A stretch of DNA of 21,200 nucleotides from Candidatus Eiseniibacteriota bacterium. Lineage in GTDB: Bacteria; Eisenbacteria; RBG-16-71-46. Below, in pieces: positions 17,805 through 21,200 of the stretch; position 1 is the first letter of the stretch; the number at the start of each line of letters is the position of its first letter. A model generated the notes under the pieces. The model was given only the letters and a program-made list of their open reading frames with translations. It did not search any database and had not been told where the DNA came from. The DNA lies in assembly GCA_031366795.1 (NCBI GenBank), contig JANLOX010000340.1, forward strand, positions 1 through 21,200, in the 5' to 3' direction. The position numbers and the translations under genes are program-made.

Positions 17805-18002
17805 TTAGCGCTTGCCGAGCATGCGCAGCACGCGCGGCTGGTCGACATCCGCGACCATCGTGGTGCCATTGAGATTGCGCTTGCGGCCCCGCGGCTTGCC
17901 GATCATGCCGTGACGGAGACCCGAGTGCGCCCGCTTCGCCTTGCCCGCGCCGTTCAGCTTGAACCGCTTGGCGGCGGAGCGATTGCTCTTCTGCTTAGGC
18001 AT
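17805..18002 (-). CDS. rpmI: 50S ribosomal protein L35
   Basis: 65-aa basic protein MPKQKSNRSAAKRFK, between infC and rplT. AGGAG SD. Confidence 0.97.
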   Translation of the reverse strand: MPKQKSNRSAAKRFKLNGAGKAKRAHSGLRHGMIGKPRGRKRNLNGTTMVADVDQPRVLRMLGKR

Positions 18003-18055
18003 CCTGCTGCTCCTGTTCTTTTGATATCAAACGTTTCGAACGGGCCGGACGGCGG

Positions 18056-18697
18056 CTATGCCGGTTCGGGTGCGCTCGGGCTCGTCGGGGCGCTTTCCGC
18101 GTGAGCCTTGGGTTCCGTTTTCTTGGCTTCAGGTTTCACTGATTCCGACTTTTCTGCCTTGGGCGCCGGCGGCTTCTGGGCCTTCGCCATCACCACTGCG
18201 TTGATCGAGCGGCCTTCCTGCCGGGGGAACGATTCGACGATCGCCACATCCGCCAGTTCCGCCAGGATCTTGCGCATCAATTCGTGACCGATTTCCGTGT
18301 GTGCCATTTCGCGGCCGCGGAAGGTGATGGTGAATTTCACCTTGTCGCGCTCGCCCAAGAAGTCGCGCGCATGGCGCATCTTGAAGTCGTAGTCGTGGTC
18401 GTCGATCTTCGGCCGCATCTTGATTTCCTTCAGATGCGTGTGGTGCTGCTTCTTCTTGGCCTTGCGCGCGCGAAGGTTCTGTTCGTACTTGAACTTCCCG
18501 TAATCCATGATCCGGCATACGGGCGGACGCGCCGTGGGCGACACTTCTACGAGATCGAGACCCTTCGACTGCGCGAGCGTGAGCGCCTCCCGTACGGGCA
18601 GGACGCCGAGCTGCGAGCCGTCGTCCCCGATCACGCGCACCTGCGGAACGCGAATGCGTTCGTTAACGCGCGTTTCGGGCTGCCGGTTCATCGAAAT
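18056..18697 (-). CDS. infC: Translation initiation factor IF-3
   Basis: RVNERIR..QVRVI, LDLVEVSP.A.PPVCRIMDYGKFKY, KEIKMRPKI..HD and FRGRE. GGAGGT-7nt-ATT at 18697 is in frame with ATG 18691. An AUU start is typical of infC. Confidence 0.97.
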   Translation of the reverse strand: MSMNRQPETRVNERIRVPQVRVIGDDGSQLGVLPVREALTLAQSKGLDLVEVSPTARPPVCRIMDYGKFKYEQNLRARKAKKKQHHTHLKEIKMRPKIDDHDYDFKMRHARDFLGERDKVKFTITFRGREMAHTEIGHELMRKILAELADVAIVESFPRQEGRSINAVVMAKAQKPPAPKAEKSESVKPEAKKTEPKAHAESAPTSPSAPEPA

Positions 18698-18747
18698 GGC
18701 GGGTACCTCCAGGTTGAACGGTTACTCCCTACCCTAACGCGCGGCAC

Positions 18748-18794
18748 AAAAAAATAGAGCCGAGCGGGGAACCCAAGCAGATGGCCCGCCCGGC
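18748..18794 (-). terminator. Putative intrinsic terminator (attenuator) in the infC leader
   Basis: Minus strand stem GCCGGGCGGG/CCCGCTCGGC followed by TCTA and 7 T, about 50 nt upstream of infC. Confidence 0.6.
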
Positions 18795-18910
18795 CTTGGC
18801 CGGATGCGGCGGCTCTATATGAGGCGCCGGCTCGGACCCCGAAGCGAAGCCGAGCACTCAGGAGCGCAGCCCGCGGGGGTGAGAAGCACAAAGGCTTCTG
18901 CTTGGTGGAT
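18748..18910 (-). ncRNA. L20-leader-like cis-regulatory RNA upstream of infC-rpmI-rplT
   Basis: AAGC-AGAAGC-CTTTGT-GCTTCT-CACC resembles the AGAAGC..GCUUCUCACC core recalled for the Firmicutes-type L20 leader. It is followed by a second helix and a U-tract terminator, in the expected position. Confidence 0.7.
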
Positions 18911-18918
18911 CGAGGAGG

Positions 18919-18947
18919 ATAGTAAGGGGTCCGGCCGGGGAATTCAA
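18919..18947 (-). promoter_or_regulatory. Sigma70-type promoter for the infC operon
   Basis: TTGAAT (18947-18942), 17 nt spacer, TACTAT (18924-18919), directly upstream of the leader RNA. Confidence 0.75.
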
Positions 18948-18989
18948 GCCCCGGCCGCCCCCCCTCGTGTGGCCGCGTGCGCCCCGGTT

Positions 18990-19394
18990 TCAGGGAGTCC
19001 GGTCCGGCAGCATTTCCATGGTCTGTGATTCAGTCATGTGGGCGGCCGCGGCCAGCAGTTCGGCCGCGTTCGCCTCCGTCAGGTGCGGTGCCAGCAGGGC
19101 GACCGTGTCGGGATTCAGGCGGCCATCCGCCAACATCTCGAAAATGGCCGGGAACTGCCGGGCCGCTCGTGCCGTGTCGATCCGCTGCGGGGCTTCTTCC
19201 CAATCCATCCCCAGCCCGTCCCGGCAATAGTCGAGCATGGTGGGGTAGCCCGCCTGGAGATACAGCTGGCGCGCGTCGAGCTCAGCCATGTGCGCGATGA
19301 GCAAGGCCATTGCCGCGCGATCCTTTGCGGCGGCATCCTGGGCCAGGTGACCGAGCTCGTCATCGCTGAGCCGGGACAGCCGAACGTCGTGCAT
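18990..19394 (-). CDS. Stand-alone N-terminal domain of DUF222-like/HNH-endonuclease-associated family, lacking the HNH domain (possible remnant)
   Basis: Pattern LSRLSDDEL...LIAHMAELDARQLYL.AGYP.M..YC...L...RI..ARAARQFPAIFEMLADGRL...LLAPHLTE.NA.ELLAAA matches by eye the N-terminus of a family that usually carries a C-terminal HNH. GGAAGG SD upstream. Confidence 0.65.
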   Translation of the reverse strand: MHDVRLSRLSDDELGHLAQDAAAKDRAAMALLIAHMAELDARQLYLQAGYPTMLDYCRDGLGMDWEEAPQRIDTARAARQFPAIFEMLADGRLNPDTVALLAPHLTEANAAELLAAAAHMTESQTMEMLPDRTP

Positions 19395-19469
19395 ACGGAA
19401 CTGCCTTCCACGGGGGCTGGTCGCGGGGGCCGTTGACGATCTTCGGGGGCTACTGACGAAGTGTGAGCG

Positions 19470-21200
19470 CTACCTCACCTTGTCGCGCGTCTCCTGCTGC
19501 ACGCGGGCCAGGAACACCTCGCGCGTCATCACCTCGAGCTGCCCTACGCCCTTGCGGCGCGGCGAGACGGTGCCGGCTTCGGCCTCGCGGGCGCCGACCA
19601 CCAGCATGTAGGGGATCTTCTCGAGCTCGGCGTCGCGGATCTTGGCGCCCATCTTCTCGGGGCGGAAGTCCACGTCGGCCCGCACGCCTCCCTCCCGCAG
19701 CATGGCCACGGTAGCGGTCGCGTAGTCGTTCGCCTTCTCGTTGGCCGGTATGACCATCACCTGGAGCGGAGCGATCCACACCGGGAACTCGGCGCCGGTG
19801 TGCTCGATGAAGATTCCGGCGAACCGCTCGAGCGAACCGTACAGCGCGCGGTGCAGCATGATGACTTCGTGATCCTTGCCGTCCGGGCCGGTGAAGTACA
19901 CGCCGAACCGCTTCGGCAGGTTCAGGTCGACCTGGATCGTGCCGCACTGCCAGTCGCGGCCGATCGCATCCTTCAGCTTGATGTCGATCTTCGGCGCGTA
20001 GAAGGCGCCGCCACCCTCGTCCACTTCGTACGGCATGCCGCGGGCCTCGAGCGCCTGGCGCAGCGCGTTCTCGGCGAACGCCCACTCCTCGTCCGAACCC
20101 AGGTATTTGTCGTGCGGGCGAGTGGCGAGGAAGCACTTGTACTCGTAGCCGTAGGTGCTGATCAGTTCGTGGTGCAGGTCGAGCACGCCCTGTACTTCGG
20201 CCTGCAGCTGGTCCGGGGTGCAGAAGATGTGCGAGTCGTCCTGCGTGAAGCCGCGCACGCGCTCCATGCCGTGCAGCACGCCGCTGCGCTCGTAGCGGTA
20301 GACCGTGCCGAGCTCCGCGTAGCGCACCGGGAGTTCGCGGTAGCTGTGCTTGCGCGACTTGTAAATCATGATGTGGCCAGGGCAGTTCATCGGCTTGGCG
20401 CGATACGCCTGATCGTCGATCACCATCGGCGCGTACATGATGTCGGCGTAGTTCTGCAAGTGGCCCGAGATCTCGTAGAGCTTCTCGCTCGCGATGTGCG
20501 GCGTGTAGACGAAGTCGTAGCCGCGCTGCTGGTGGAGATCCTTCCAGTAGCTCTCCATCAGGTGGCGCACGATGCCGAGCTTGGGATGCCACAGCACCAG
20601 CCCCGGCCCGATCTCTTCCTGGATCGAGAACAGGTCGAGTTCGCGGCCCAGCTTGCGGTGGTCGCGCTTGAGCGCTTCCTCGATCTTCTTCAGGTACTCG
20701 TCGAGGTCCGCCTGCGATTCGAACGCGGTGCCGTAGATGCGCTGGAGCATCTCGTTCTTCTCGCTGCCCAGCCAGTAGGCGCCCGCGACGTGCGTGAGCT
20801 TGAACGCCTTCAGGTCGCCGGTGCCGGCGACGTGCGGTCCGCGGCACAGGTCGACGAAGTGACCGTTGGTGTAATAGGTGACCTTGGCGGTGGCGGGGAT
20901 CTGGGTCAGGAAGTGCAGCTTGTACTTCTCGCCCGCCGCAGCGAAGCGCGCCTGCGCCTCATCGCGAGCCGCTTCCGCGTACTCGAACTTCTGGTTCTCG
21001 GCGACGATCTCGCGCATGCGGGCTTCGATGCGCTCGAGGTCCTCGTTCGTGAATGGCGTCTCGCGTGCGAAGTCGTAGTAGAAGCCGTTCTCGATCGGCG
21101 GACCGCCGGCAACCTTCACGGCCGGATAGAGGTCGAGCACCGCGGTGGCCAGCACGTGGGCTGCGGAGTGCCGGAGGCGGTAGAGGCTCGCGCCGCCGGG
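19470..21200 (-). CDS. thrS: Threonine--tRNA ligase (5' end outside the window)
   Basis: Open to the window edge (PGGASLYRLRHSAAHVLA). Motifs GPPIENGFYYDF, DLCRGPH, RDHRKLG, KPMNCPGH, RVRGFTQDDSH, GAFYAPKID and MLHRA. Confidence 0.98.
   Translation of the reverse strand, partial: PGGASLYRLRHSAAHVLATAVLDLYPAVKVAGGPPIENGFYYDFARETPFTNEDLERIEARMREIVAENQKFEYAEAARDEAQARFAAAGEKYKLHFLTQIPATAKVTYYTNGHFVDLCRGPHVAGTGDLKAFKLTHVAGAYWLGSEKNEMLQRIYGTAFESQADLDEYLKKIEEALKRDHRKLGRELDLFSIQEEIGPGLVLWHPKLGIVRHLMESYWKDLHQQRGYDFVYTPHIASEKLYEISGHLQNYADIMYAPMVIDDQAYRAKPMNCPGHIMIYKSRKHSYRELPVRYAELGTVYRYERSGVLHGMERVRGFTQDDSHIFCTPDQLQAEVQGVLDLHHELISTYGYEYKCFLATRPHDKYLGSDEEWAFAENALRQALEARGMPYEVDEGGGAFYAPKIDIKLKDAIGRDWQCGTIQVDLNLPKRFGVYFTGPDGKDHEVIMLHRALYGSLERFAGIFIEHTGAEFPVWIAPLQVMVIPANEKANDYATATVAMLREGGVRADVDFRPEKMGAKIRDAELEKIPYMLVVGAREAEAGTVSPRRKGVGQLEVMTREVFLARVQQETRDKVR

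Noticed and set aside
18056..18185. Lys/Pro/Glu/Ala-rich C-terminal tail of IF3
   Set aside because: Low-complexity IF3 tails are widespread in high-GC bacteria.
19450..20847. 465-aa alternative-frame ORF overlapping thrS
   Set aside because: Off-frame product of GC-biased codons. thrS is intact in its own frame.
1..21200. CRISPR arrays, tRNA/rRNA genes, transposases or integrases
   Set aside because: No repeat-spacer periodicity, cloverleaf or recombinase motifs were seen. Intergenic gaps are short and mostly accounted for.

Overview
High-GC bacterial core-genome window in which every supportable gene lies on the minus strand. Read right to left: thrS (5'-truncated), a 134-aa DUF222-like/HNH-family N-terminal fragment, a sigma70-like promoter with an L20-leader-like attenuator, infC, rpmI, rplT, pheS, pheT, zapB-like, zapA, 6S RNA, rny, a CBM48-like lipoprotein, a single ORF fusing YmdB (TIGR00282) to FolD, xseA, xseB, ispA, a GT-C membrane glycosyltransferase with TPR, DUF212/divergent PAP2, dxs, nadK and recN (3'-truncated). 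Gene content resembles FCB-related candidate phyla such as Ca. Eisenbacteria, which is an unverified impression. Most notable: (1) the in-frame YmdB-FolD fusion with both catalytic motif sets intact; (2) apparent near-cognate start codons on two consecutive genes (ACG for DUF212, CTG for dxs), plus the ATT start of infC; (3) a long hairpin that overlaps the 6S RNA 3' end and buries the rny ribosome-binding site; (4) an enlarged 6S RNA; (5) a switchable L20-leader-like RNA; (6) three accessory genes inserted into conserved operons. No CRISPR array, tRNA, rRNA or intact mobile element was seen. All family assignments come from motif recognition by eye, not database searches.
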